DNA of 34,721 nt from Nemertoderma westbladi (GCA_032718475.1 JAUCBJ010007780.1:1-34721), one strand, 5' to 3'. Counted from the stretch's first letter, positions 24,252-34,364 are shown. Numbers and translations: made by a program. Notes: generated by a model from the sequence alone, not told the origin.

Positions 24252-24945
24252 GACGTTTACAGTACACGTTACCATAGAAATTTTCGGGAGTTGGCAGGTA
24301 GACTATATCATGATAATTACTGTACTTTATATATTCCTGTATATTTCTTTATATCACTATCTTTATTAGTTGATGTTAAGATTGCAGAATTTTTAAAAAA
24401 TTAAGTAGAAAATAAAAATATATATAGTTGAAAATTTTAGAAAAATATGATGTATTTCTTAAAAAGGAAATCTATGTTTTTTGGTATAACTTGCTCTACA
24501 TATTGAAGGTGTGATATATTAATTGTTAAATTATCTTCCTTCTAGTTGCACTTGTGTTGACAAAAATGGAGATTACATCGTGGATTTCTTAAGTGAAACC
24601 CTTACTAGAGAAGATTGTGAGTATCATAGAACGCTGATTAAAAAATAACTTTCAGTTTGTTGTGATACTGTTTCGATATTTATATTTTGGGGTTGAGGTA
24701 TAGTGTTTAATGGTTGTGGTGTTATGTTTTTTCTTTTGTTTCAATAAAATAAATTCAGCTCAGCATGATATATTCATTTTCTTTAGATAATTGTAAATTT
24801 GCGCCATTAATGCTGCTCTCCCAGCTATATCATTACAGCTTGTCGAGATTTGCTTCACTAAAGGACGATTTCATTGAACAGCTTGAAAAGTGTAAGTGTA
24901 ACTAATATGATATTTCTGTGTTTTGCAACAAAGAACTGTGGTACT

Positions 24946-25096
24946 TTAACCCTTTGCGTAAAAACACTGAAAAAAGGCGGCACACTGCCGCCTTTTTCAT
25001 TCTAAACAGCCCTAATTCAACACCATGCTCATAAAGGCGGCATTGTGCCGCCTTTCTATAATTCTAACTTAACCCCCAGGGCGGCAGAGTGCCGCC
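24946..25096. mobile_element. piggyBac-like terminus with three GGCGGCA-N3-TGCCGCC-type palindromes
   Basis: TTAA-CCC at 24946 and 25069; palindromes at 24971-24997, 25033-25055 and 25080-25096. Confidence 0.45.
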
Positions 25097-25394
25097 AGTG
25101 TATTCGTGTTGGGCAGTAAAAACTTGTCTGGAAAAGATAATATAATATTGCTTGAAGGGATTCCTATTGGTTTCAGGGTATTTTAAATGACATAATTACG
25201 GTGGCTGAAAACGGCCAATATAATTTTTTTTTAATAGCCTTTTTTAATTTTTATTTTGATCAACATTTTTTTCTTGAAAAAAGAAGAGTTCTCTCTTCTA
25301 GAAAAAAAGCTCAAAAAAATCTTGAAAAAAAAGCTAGAAATACAGTAAAAAAAAAGCTGCGCGGAAACGGGCCTATAACAATATCTATATTGTG

Positions 25395-25800
25395 TAGCTA
25401 ATCATACATAAACAAATGTTCCAGAACATTGTGTATTTGTTAAATATAGTAAAATGGCCTCCATCGAACAGTACTTCTTGCAATCTTTAAACACATATAC
25501 ATTATCTCAGCTGTTTCTCAATGAAATTCAGATATTCTTACATATTTCGAATCCTTGTGACGCAATAAGGTTTCTCTTAATTTGAAGACGACTAATGTGA
25601 AGAATGGCAATGATACGGATGGTGCAATTTCCCAAAAGACACTTTTTTAAAACGCTTATAAAAAATTTAAAAGCAAAATCCAAAATTCCGGCTTCATGGT
25701 AAAACCGACGGTGAGTTGAACTACAGTAGTTGTGTTTCTAATTTCAAGCAAAATGATAAAGATTTGTAGAAATTTTTCTACGGGTCATGGTGTATTGTAC
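25395..25800. mobile_element. Single diverged arm of the foldback MITE family seen at 1550-2401
   Basis: tagcta.tcatacataaacaaa, atctcagct, aaacgctt and aagatttgtagaaa shared in order with 1994-2370. Confidence 0.7.
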
Positions 25801-26141
25801 GAAGAAAGTTGCAAAAATTTGTGGAACTAGAAAAGAAACTGAAACGATTTTTTCGGGTGGGGGGACTGGAACTGAAACTAATTTTCTGTCAGTTCGAAGC
25901 GCTACTTCCAACCTATCATAGCATCCCTCATAATGTGATGTGCAGCGGGAAATTTGAATTCACCAAGAGCCAACGTTTGTAACAGTCTTAATCATCCTGT
26001 ATCCTCATTGATCCTGCAGGCTGCAGCAAACAGGCAACTGCTACCGGTAACACAATCAACTGATCAACGACTGAACGAATCAAAGTACAATCGGACAGTA
26101 ACAACCTACTGACACCGCTTTACCAGTTTTAATCAACTGCA

Positions 26142-26891
26142 ATGACTTCGTTTATTCGACTGCCGGTACCTTTACTAACGCCTCGTCGTTCCCACCAATC
26201 CTTACCGACATCGACGTTCGGCCCGGTAGCGACGGGGTTCGGTGTCTACAAGAACCCGTCATGGCGGGACCCGGACCCGCTGGCAGGCAGACTGGACACC
26301 CAGACCAACCGGAACTGGCGCCCTTCACCGGCGCCCCACGGCTACTACAAGGCGCAGACCGCGGATTTCGTACCGTTGTACATGCGCGACCCAACCGTCG
26401 CTAAGTTCACCCGAGTGCTAATGATCGAGGGTAAACGCCGCGAATGCGAGGAGATTATGGCGGCGACATTCGAGCGGATTAAGCGACACCAACTTGACCG
26501 GCACCACAAAGACAGAGACAAACCCGTGGAATTGGACCCCTTGAAGGTGTTCAAATCGGCATTGAGTAACTGCCGCCCATTATTGGGACTCAAAAAGGTT
26601 GTGGGAGGTGGGGGCATTGTGTACCAGGTCCCGGTGCCCATGTCTGATAAACGTAGTGTCTGGTTGGCTATGCGGTGGCATATCACGGAGGGGCGGGAAC
26701 TTGCGCGCCCGTTGTACGGCGGAATGACTCGACACCACATGGACGAGAGGTTGGCAATTCTGCTTCTAGACTCTTATAATAATAACGGGAAAGTTGTACA
26801 GCGTAAAATTAATTTGCACAAAAGGTGCGAACAGAACAAAGCTTACGCTCATTTTAGGTGGTTCCCAACGCGAAAGAGAATGAAAAAATAG
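26142..26891 (+). CDS. MRPS7: Mitochondrial small ribosomal subunit protein uS7m, single exon
   Basis: Basic, acid-free N-terminus like a mitochondrial presequence; S7 motifs DPTVAKF..LMIEGKR, DPLKVF..AL.NCRP, GG.VYQVPVP..DKRS..LAMRW, LHKRCEQNKAYAHFRW; AATAAA at ~27235. Confidence 0.93.
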   Translation: MTSFIRLPVPLLTPRRSHQSLPTSTFGPVATGFGVYKNPSWRDPDPLAGRLDTQTNRNWRPSPAPHGYYKAQTADFVPLYMRDPTVAKFTRVLMIEGKRRECEEIMAATFERIKRHQLDRHHKDRDKPVELDPLKVFKSALSNCRPLLGLKKVVGGGGIVYQVPVPMSDKRSVWLAMRWHITEGRELARPLYGGMTRHHMDERLAILLLDSYNNNGKVVQRKINLHKRCEQNKAYAHFRWFPTRKRMKK

Positions 26892-27555
26892 ATAGCGTAC
26901 GCCATAATGTACATTATTATAATTTTATGATTACATATAAGTCTGGAGGTAAGAGGTATAATAGATGTGGCGGTAACCCTAAGAATTAACTTCCTTCCTA
27001 CACACTAAATTGATTCTTTATTGATGTTACATAAAAAAAATTGAAATTTATTTTCCTTTTCACCAGTAGGACACACATTATAAGTATAAAGAATCAAGTT
27101 AGGTATAGCAAGCTAACTCTGAGATGTTCACCAAAAGAATGGCCAGTATCTCCTACCTCCAGGCTCCAGTATAACAGCAACAATATGTTTATTTAACTAT
27201 TAGTACCATACAGCCATAATTGTTTGGCTTTTACAATAAATAAAACATACTGTATACATGAAATATACATAAAGTATACATGTATTTTATACTGTACATT
27301 AAATATAATAGTTTTTACTGTAAGACTACAGTTTGCTGATCTGAGAGGTTAGGGGAAAGGAATCAAATAAGTAAAGGGTAGTTTCAAGTAATTTTAAAAA
27401 AGGCATCAGTACGCTAAAAAGTCATTACTTTGTTTCTGCTGCGTATAAAAAAACACAATATAATATTATGTTGTTTTTTTGTACTTAAATTTCTTTTACA
27501 TACGCAGTAAAATCTTTGATCTATCATTGTAATAATTATCTTACATTGTGTAAAA

Positions 27556-27890
27556 GGCGAGTAGCTCAGTCGGTTGAGCGCTGTGTCTGAAATCTATTGG
27601 TTGTAGGTTCAGCCCCGCCAGGGTTCACTCAGCCTTTCATCCACTGCGGTCAATAAAATTAGTACCAGTTCATTTACTGGGAGTAAAACAAGGGATAGGA
27701 GTAGCGCCCACCCCTACCCACGGGTGGCAGATAGGAGTAGCGCCCAGCCCTACTCTCGGGTAGCAGATAGGAGTAGCGCCCACCCCTACCCGCGGGTAGC
27801 AGATATGAGTAGCGCCCACCCCTACCCTCGGGTGGCAGCTATCGAAGGAGGAGCTTTTGCGTCGCCTCCGGCCTCGACCGACTGTCTCCC
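27556..27890 (+). mobile_element. tRNA-derived SINE with a conserved central domain (Meta-SINE-like)
   Basis: A-box TAGCTCAGTCGG and degenerate B-box GGTTCAGCCC, then actcagcctttcatcc...gtcaataaaattagtaccag, which from memory resembles the central domain shared by many invertebrate SINEs. Superfamily assignment unverified. Confidence 0.75.
27694..27837. repeat. Four tandem copies of a 36-bp GC-rich unit inside the SINE
   Basis: GATAGGAGTAGCGCCCACCCCTACCCNCGGGTRGCA starting at 27694, 27730, 27766 and 27802. Confidence 0.95.
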
Positions 27891-28157
27891 CACCCCCTCC
27901 TCCCATCTATTTAATTTACTTGTTAATCCTTGATTGAGTACGAATGTTTTTTTCGCTTTCAAACTTTTTCCACAATCGGTTGAAAAAGTATTTAGATGTT
28001 ATATATATATTTATTTTTTTATTTTTCGATGTAGTTGTTTCCGGAACATGACTCTTTCCGGGATGGTGCAATGGCGCATTGGATGCTCTGTATCTATAAC
28101 AGGGAGCAGGTTCGGTTGACTTTCGGCTGACAGACAACTCGCCAATGGCACCCGTAT

Positions 28158-28192
28158 GCTAAGGCTTCGCTCACTTCGTGGCTCGCCCCACA
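28158..28192 (+). mobile_element. Terminal motif of the Helentron/DINE-like family (another variant at ~32810-32856)
   Basis: gctaaggcttcgctcacttcgtggctcgccccaca, nearly identical to the tails ending at 22565, 24195 and 24251. Confidence 0.75.
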
Positions 28193-28718
28193 TTGCGCAA
28201 TTAAAGTCTGGTGGAAGTTTTAGTGTATGAAGAAACGCCCGAAACTTATTGCTTCAACATTTTTATAAAGTATTATTTCCAGCAACATTTTAAAAAAAGT
28301 ATAATTTTTTCACTATTCTCGAGGTATTTTATTTACCGAGCGCCAGCGACGCATCGAGAAAACATTGAAAAAAAGTTCCATGGACTACGTTTTTTTCCTT
28401 GTAATACTTAATTTCCTTTATTATTAAATTACCCTACTCGGTTACTTCACCCGGTCTAATCTGTTTGCTATTTATACACCACCTACGATTTGATTATTGA
28501 TAGTAACAATGTGTTGGCAAGCTGTATTTTTCGAGGTGTTTGCTAGGGATCTAGGGGTCTTAACCTCGAATGATAAGTTTATTTTACCGAAAATAACTTA
28601 TCTTTTATTGGCGCAATTGTAGGACTAATCCCATCACATGCGTACTTTTTAACCGGGTAGTGTACAAATTTAGGAACCGCGTAATTTTTCTTGAAATTAA
28701 TATCTCATATCTCTCCAA

Positions 28719-28761
28719 ACCACGTACGCGTTTCGACCTTACTGGGTCTCATCAGCGTGGT
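28719..28761 (-). ncRNA. Type I hammerhead ribozyme (minimal stem III)
   Basis: Minus strand: ACCACG CUGAUGA GACC-CAGUAA-GGUC GAAA CGCG UA CGUGGU. All core nucleotides present, 6-bp stem I, 4-bp stem II, GUA triplet; predicted cleavage between 28725 and 28724. Confidence 0.92.
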
Positions 28762-28824
28762 GTCGGATTCGAACCTGGGACCTCGAGGTGGAAGCCGAGA
28801 CTACAACCACTAGGCCACAGGTTC
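28762..28824 (-). promoter_or_regulatory. tRNA-derived (Gly-TCC-like) internal RNA polymerase III promoter
   Basis: A-box TGGCCTAGTGG (28817-28807), B-box GGTTCGAATCC (28775-28765), anticodon-arm-like CTCGG-CTTCCAC-C(T)CGAG; no acceptor stem, so not a functional tRNA. Confidence 0.8.
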
Positions 28825-30478
28825 TTGAGATATGGAGTATTAATTTCAAAGCCAGCTGCCATTTTATTAGCCCCTGATTTTTGATTATTGATAGTAACAA
28901 TGTGTTTGGCAAGCTGTATTATTCGAGGTGTTTGTTATTATACATTTATTATAGGAAGGGATCTAGGGGTCTTAACCTCGAATGATAAGTTTATTTTACC
29001 GAAAATAACTTATCTTTTATTGGCGCAATTGTAGGACTAATCCCATCACATGCGTACTTTTTAACCGGGTAGTGTACAAATTTAGGAACCGCGTAATTTT
29101 TCTTGAAATTAATATCCTACGATTTGTTATACAAATCTTGACAGTTTAATTCAAATGTGAAAATTTTTTGGCCCGTGTGAAATTTATACACCACGTGAAA
29201 AATCCCCCAATGTGAAGAATACCAGGTGTCTCTAAAACCACAGGTTTCAGAAGGGCTGATTCTAACCAAAACAATAAACGAATAAGTATCTATACAGGTT
29301 ATAAAACACTTAATAAGGGGAAATTTGGAAAAATACAAATTCTTCATAATAATATATAAAATTCCAATATAATATCCCACATGGGCGGATTTTTTGGTGT
29401 AATTTCCTAAATGTTATTATATGAGTTAAAGAGAATCGACGTAATAGGTTTCTATGCAATCAAAATCCGTTCAAACACTCAAAAGTTATTGCAACTTTAG
29501 TATCTACAAGGGGTACACCAAAACGGAACTCAATATCCAATATTGGTTTATGTTGTTAAACGGCTCTCTAGTTACGTAATAAATATTCGAGAACAATCAA
29601 TTATTTTAACATTGAGTAAGGCAACATCAGGAGTTGAAGAGTAGAGTGATTGGAATCGCTGTAACTATGGAAGCAATATAGTAAAATACCAGTTCAATTT
29701 ATTTTGCAACAAAAAAAGTACCAATTTAAGAATAATAATTATTTATTACATGGGAAAAAAACTAGAACATTTTTTGTTCAATATTCTCTCGACCCCGTGA
29801 TAATAATTTTCAAAAAGTTCTACTTTTTTCCTTGTCATAAATAATAATTATTTCTTTCCATTTCTGCATCCATTTTTATACTAGCTGCTAATATTATAAT
29901 AATATAATTCTATTGACAATAATTATTATTTTCTTGAGCAACAAGTGTCCCGTCGTGTGAGGAGTCCAGCAAGGTTATTTAATAACTCTTATTTATAAAA
30001 AATACTAAGTGGCATGACAATGGTTCACACGGTCAGCCTCGCGTAGTGATATCGTAAACAAATCACTGCAAATGCAGCTAATAATTGCCAATCGTATTCA
30101 TAACAAATATTATCTTATTGAAATTCGATAAAAAAACCTTTCAATTGAATCAGTAATTTAATTATAATGTAAGTTTTAAGTAAGTAAAAATAATATAAAT
30201 AACACAATAAACAATAAATTAGTACACTCGAATAAACATCGTGGATACAATATACAATATACACCAGCGATAATATATATATTCGAAATTGTCAGATAAT
30301 AATTAATATGCAGCGATTATTATCTATTAGAGTCAATTTGGTGAATTGAATTGTGTTTTAGAGGTAAAACATTAACATTATTTCACATGTATGATGAATC
30401 TTTTAAATAAATAACAAATAGAAATAAACAAAGAAAAATATTGCAATTAAATTAACGTGTACCGGGGCATTGTTAGTA

Positions 30479-31381
30479 TCAATCACTCTTACTGGGTGTT
30501 GGAACGTCTGTATTCCTAATGACACTGAGGTCGATGAGTCCGTTAAGCATCTTGTAACATTTATCGATATCCTCAGGCGAAACCGATTCATTGTTCCTCG
30601 TGAGAATATCGTTAAAGTAAATAGTCACCTCAGTTTTGAGTCTCTCCAATCGCTGCTGCAGTTTATAATTATCCATCTGGTAAGCGATATTCTCTCTCTC
30701 GACGTAGCGCACTTGGTTCTCGAGATCTACGATTCGGATTTTCGCGTTCCTACAGGTTTTCTCCATCTCCGCATTGCCGTTCTGGAGTTCCTGGATCTCT
30801 TTATCTAAGAGTTTTAGATCTTCGGTCTCGATGTTCCCGCTCCCCGTTTCGTTTTTGGACTGGAGGAGTAGCAACTCGTCGATGGTGACCTTGGCTCGTT
30901 TCATAGCGGTAGAGGCTCGCGGACATCCCGACAGCGAGCGGTGGGTTAGGAAACTACCGTTGTTGTGTCCGGATCCGTCGCAACCGGGCGTCGGACAGCA
31001 TTGCGATTCGCCCTTCTGTAACTTAAGAAACTTTCCGTCCGGGAAGGCGACGTTGCCTCCTTTAGCTGCTATCGGACAGCCGGACGCGCTGCGGTGGCTG
31101 CTGAACTTCCCGGTCGCGTGGCCGCTCCCGCTGCAGCCGATTACCGGGCATCGTTGCGTCTCGTGCTCGAAGTTTGCGGGAGCGGTGAGTACGAAGGTGC
31201 GTTTAGCGGTATCGGAGGCGGCCGTGGACGGGGCTAGGTTCATTGGGAGACCGCCGCGTGTTACGTTGTGATTCAGTGACGAGACTCCCGGACTGGTTTG
31301 CTGGGATGAAACCGTAGGTGATTGGTTTCCGACTATAACAATTGGATTGACAACTTCTTTACCATTTAAACTAGTCATCAT
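30479..31381 (-). CDS. MYT1: Myt1/ST18-family (ZTF-11-like) C2HC zinc-finger transcription factor, two fingers plus C-terminal coiled coil
   Basis: [26 protein letters not shown] and [28 protein letters not shown] are canonical Myt1 CCHHC fingers; [12 protein letters not shown]...[15 protein letters not shown] is the family coiled coil. First ATG at 31381 (the track starts at a TTG); upstream exons cannot be excluded. Confidence 0.9.
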   Translation of the reverse strand: MMTSLNGKEVVNPIVIVGNQSPTVSSQQTSPGVSSLNHNVTRGGLPMNLAPSTAASDTAKRTFVLTAPANFEHETQRCPVIGCSGSGHATGKFSSHRSASGCPIAAKGGNVAFPDGKFLKLQKGESQCCPTPGCDGSGHNNGSFLTHRSLSGCPRASTAMKRAKVTIDELLLLQSKNETGSGNIETEDLKLLDKEIQELQNGNAEMEKTCRNAKIRIVDLENQVRYVERENIAYQMDNYKLQQRLERLKTEVTIYFNDILTRNNESVSPEDIDKCYKMLNGLIDLSVIRNTDVPTPSKSD

Positions 31382-31467
31382 CAAGTCATACGTACTTACT
31401 ACAGTACTACCTGACTACTGGACTACTGTCTGACTGTGAAATACTACAGCTCTACGTACACTGGTGC

Positions 31468-33177
31468 TTAGATGGGTGTTTGGAAAAGGTGGACTGGACA
31501 CAGAAAACATGGACAACGGACAGACCAATCAGAAACGTATTATACAAAGCAGCTTGTAGCAATTGGTCTGTCCACCTTTTTCAAGTTTTCGCCTTCTCAC
31601 TTACATAATTGGGAATACTGGAATAAGATGTGTGTTTGAAAAAGGTGGACTGGACACATGCACAAAAAACATAGATAATAGTCTGACCAATCAGAAACGT
31701 ATTAAAGCAATGCTATTTATTAGTGATTGGACTGTCCACCTTTTTCAGGTTTCAATTATCTATCTATAATGGGCATGCTGGAAGCAGTTGCCTTAAGAAT
31801 GCTGTCGGTGTCCTAGCCGTATCTACCCCCCCCCCCCCCAGCGCGGATTGCCCCCCTATAATAATAGTAGACTAGTATAATAATAAGAGGTCTAGCGTAC
31901 CGTACAGCACTTTAGCTTAGATTTATTGGTTTATTTTTGTGGTTGGGTTAGTTGGTCAGGCCCAACCCCTAATTAAAACTGTCATTAGTAACCCTATAAC
32001 CTTAAAGTCCCGATGCTCTAATCTAAGAAATTTTGTGGAATTTAGGATCAAAAATATTTAAGGTTGGGGTTACATGACAGTTTTAATTAACGTTTAGTTA
32101 AGTAGTGATAATAGTCAAGTAATGTACCCGTACCCAGGTACCGCAGGTACAGTATAATAATTTACTACTGTAGGCCCTACATTAACTATCGGTATGTTTA
32201 CTACTGTACTGTGTCTGTGTGTACAGTAGGCCTATATGCGAAACATTTTTAACATGTCAGAGACCCTTATTTTTTAAAATTTCAATAATCAAATGCTACG
32301 AAATTTGTTATAAAGATAGTTCGACAACTTTTCGTACTGCTGGCAGGGCCAGATATTTCGGTAACAGTGCCGTTTAGAACTGCATTTTTAAAACTTATGT
32401 CATTGTTACTATGGCAACATTGAAGAGTTCTAGAACAATTTAAATGTATTGTATACTATTCCAGAACATAAATAAAATATAATGTTATAGAACATATAGC
32501 TCAATAGCTTGTTATTTCTTAAATTTAAAATAGCTACTGTAGTAATAAAAAAAAATTTATTTATTTATATGATATATTAAAAAGTTTATCTACCGGTACC
32601 AAATTAACCTTTAGGGCCTCCATTTCCACTTTGAATTAGGGTTTCGGACCGCCACTCCCAAAATATGGGACTTATTTACCTCCGTCGCTGCGCTCGGTCG
32701 TTTAATAACAGATCTCGGGATGATTATATTTCCCTCACAGTACAATAGGTAGTTATTATAATTAACTTTATACTGTAATGAGTTAGAATATTGACGTTCA
32801 AATATTGATGCTAAGGCTGTAAGGCTCAGCTCACAGACTTCGCGTGGCTCGCCCCATATTATTGAACTACTGTAGGCCTATTTCGACAACTTCGGTTGGT
32901 CACAGTAAGTATGGGATAATAATACCAATAATAATCCATAAACACCTGAAATTTTTTGAAAAACGTGGACAGAGCTGCTATAATGTGCTAATCAATCTGA
33001 TTGGTCAATTAATTGCCTGTTCTTTCTCAACCCAGTCCACCTTATTCAAATTTGAAAAAGGTGGACAACAAAGCTGAAAAAGGTGGACATGCTGTGTGAC
33101 GCAAATCGCCCCTGATTGGTCTGTCCATTGTCCATGTTTTCTGTGTACAGTCCACCCTTTTCAAACACCCGTGCTTA
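31468..33177. mobile_element. TIR element (or inverted pair of MITEs) with CCAAT-containing repeats, directly upstream of the Myt1-like ORF
   Basis: gggtgtttggaaaaggtggactggacacagaaaacatggacaacggacagaccaatcag (~31474-31532) is reverse-complemented at ~33113-33170; second tandem copy at ~31624-31750 and related sequence at 32945-33090. Confidence 0.7.
32405..32418. promoter_or_regulatory. RFX X-box motif
   Basis: GTTACTATGGCAAC, close to the X-box palindrome GTTGCCATGGCAAC, ~1 kb upstream of the Myt1-like ATG. Confidence 0.35.
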
Positions 33178-33399
33178 CAGTCCCAATCCCAATAAACATT
33201 AACTTGGTCGTTTTGGCGGCCAAAATGACCAAAATCACCAAAAAAATGTAGTGTATTCCTATGGGCTACTTGGTCGTTTTGGCGAAGCGATTTAACTCGA
33301 AACAGCTCAATCCAGACAGTCTGTCTCCTTGGCCATTTGGTGGATCTGACTAAATGTCGGCTCGCTTTCATTTTTATTATTGACAGATTGTTAACTTAC

Positions 33400-33459
33400 C
33401 CGGCGTTGAGCCTTGCAGTACTGGAGTCCGCCCACTGAGGCATTGATAGAGTACACAGT
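33400..33459 (-). CDS. Orphan 60-nt candidate exon, frame unknown
   Basis: Acceptor ctccttttatAAG, donor GG|GTAAGT at 33399, GC-rich, no stop in any of the three frames. Confidence 0.5.
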
Positions 33460-33495
33460 CTTATAAAAGGAGTTGAATGGGGCTTCGTTTGAATG

Positions 33496-33802
33496 GGACG
33501 TCCCGAAATTAATGTATGGACGTCCCGAAATTAATTTATGGACGTCCCGAAATTAATTTATGGACGTCCCGAAATTAACTATATGGACGTCCCGAAATTA
33601 ATTTATGGACGTCCCGAAATTAACTATATGGACGTCCCGAAATTAATGTATGGACGTCCCGAAATTAATTTATGGACGTCCCGAAATTAATTTATGGACG
33701 TCCCGAAATTAATTTATGGACGTCCCGAAATTAACTATATGGACGTCCCGAAATTAACTTATGGACGTCCCGAAATTAACTTATGGACGTCCCGAAATTA
33801 AT
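33496..33802. repeat. 22-23-bp minisatellite (GGACGTCCCGAAATTAA + 5-6 nt), 14 copies, with an inverted copy at 33844-33870
   Basis: Counted directly. Confidence 0.95.
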
Positions 33803-33960
33803 CTATCAACCAATCAGAATCGTAATGAAATAACTAATTAATAGACGTCCATAAATTAATTTCGGGATGTTAATTTCGGAAATTAATTTCAATAATTTTT
33901 TTTTTTATTATAAAGATTTTTTTAAATATTTTTTTACAATGTATAATTCGCGAACACTGC

Positions 33961-34364
33961 GGGGTGACTACAAAACAAAGACCCAATTAAAAGACCTGCA
34001 TAATCTTGTTACATGTGTTAACTTTCGTTAATTGTTTTGAATCCCCCGTCACGCCTCTGTAACTTGCTCCTTTACTAACCTGCTCCTTTAAATAGCAATG
34101 GTGCGTAACGCTCATTGTGACCTGTACTAAACAAAGAGGTAAAGTCGCGTTACGTCCCAAAGAGCGTTAGGTTCCAAAGAGCTTTAGGTCCCATTGCCAG
34201 AGAGCGTGAGGTCACATTGCCATTTAAAGGAGCAGGTTAGTAAAGAAGCAGGTTACAGAGGCGTGTTGGGGTACCAAAACAATAAACGAAAGTTAACACA
34301 TGTGTTTTGTATTTGTACAGGTCTTTATTATTTGGGTCGTTGGTCTTTGTTTTGTAGTCACCCG
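33961..34364. mobile_element. MITE with ~150-bp TIRs and target-site duplication (Mutator-like)
   Basis: Arms 33961-34113 and 34202-34364 are imperfect reverse complements (ggtgactacaaaacaaagacc / ggtctttgttttgtagtcacc); ACACTGC(GG) duplicated at 33954 and 34365. Confidence 0.8.

Larger units (their letters stand above)
28493..29116 (-). mobile_element. Retrozyme/SM-alpha-like element: ~1.5 tandem copies of a 391-412-nt unit with tRNA-like promoter and hammerhead ribozyme
   Basis: Direct repeats 28493-28704 and 28884-29116; target-site duplication CTACGATTTG at 28483-28492 and 29117-29126; central unique part contains A/B boxes and a hammerhead core. Confidence 0.85.

Noticed and set aside
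26152-26740. Antisense ORFs (80 and 131 aa) over MRPS7
   Set aside because: Shadow frames of a GC-rich coding sequence, no recognisable motifs.
28034-28122. Two 12-13-nt exact matches to the caspase 3' end (gttgtttccggaa, ttcggttgactt)
   Set aside because: Spacing differs and the intervening sequence does not align; probably chance.
30470-31271. Plus-strand ORFs (112 and 165 aa) opposite the Myt1-like gene
   Set aside because: Antisense shadows of the real CDS.
33393-33405. U1 snRNA-like 5' end (ACTTACCCGGC)
   Set aside because: No U1 stem-loops or Sm site follow; it is the reverse complement of a splice donor.
33496-33802. CRISPR-like regularly spaced repeats
   Set aside because: Intervening sequences are only 5-6 nt and nearly constant; eukaryotic context, no cas genes. 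It is a minisatellite.
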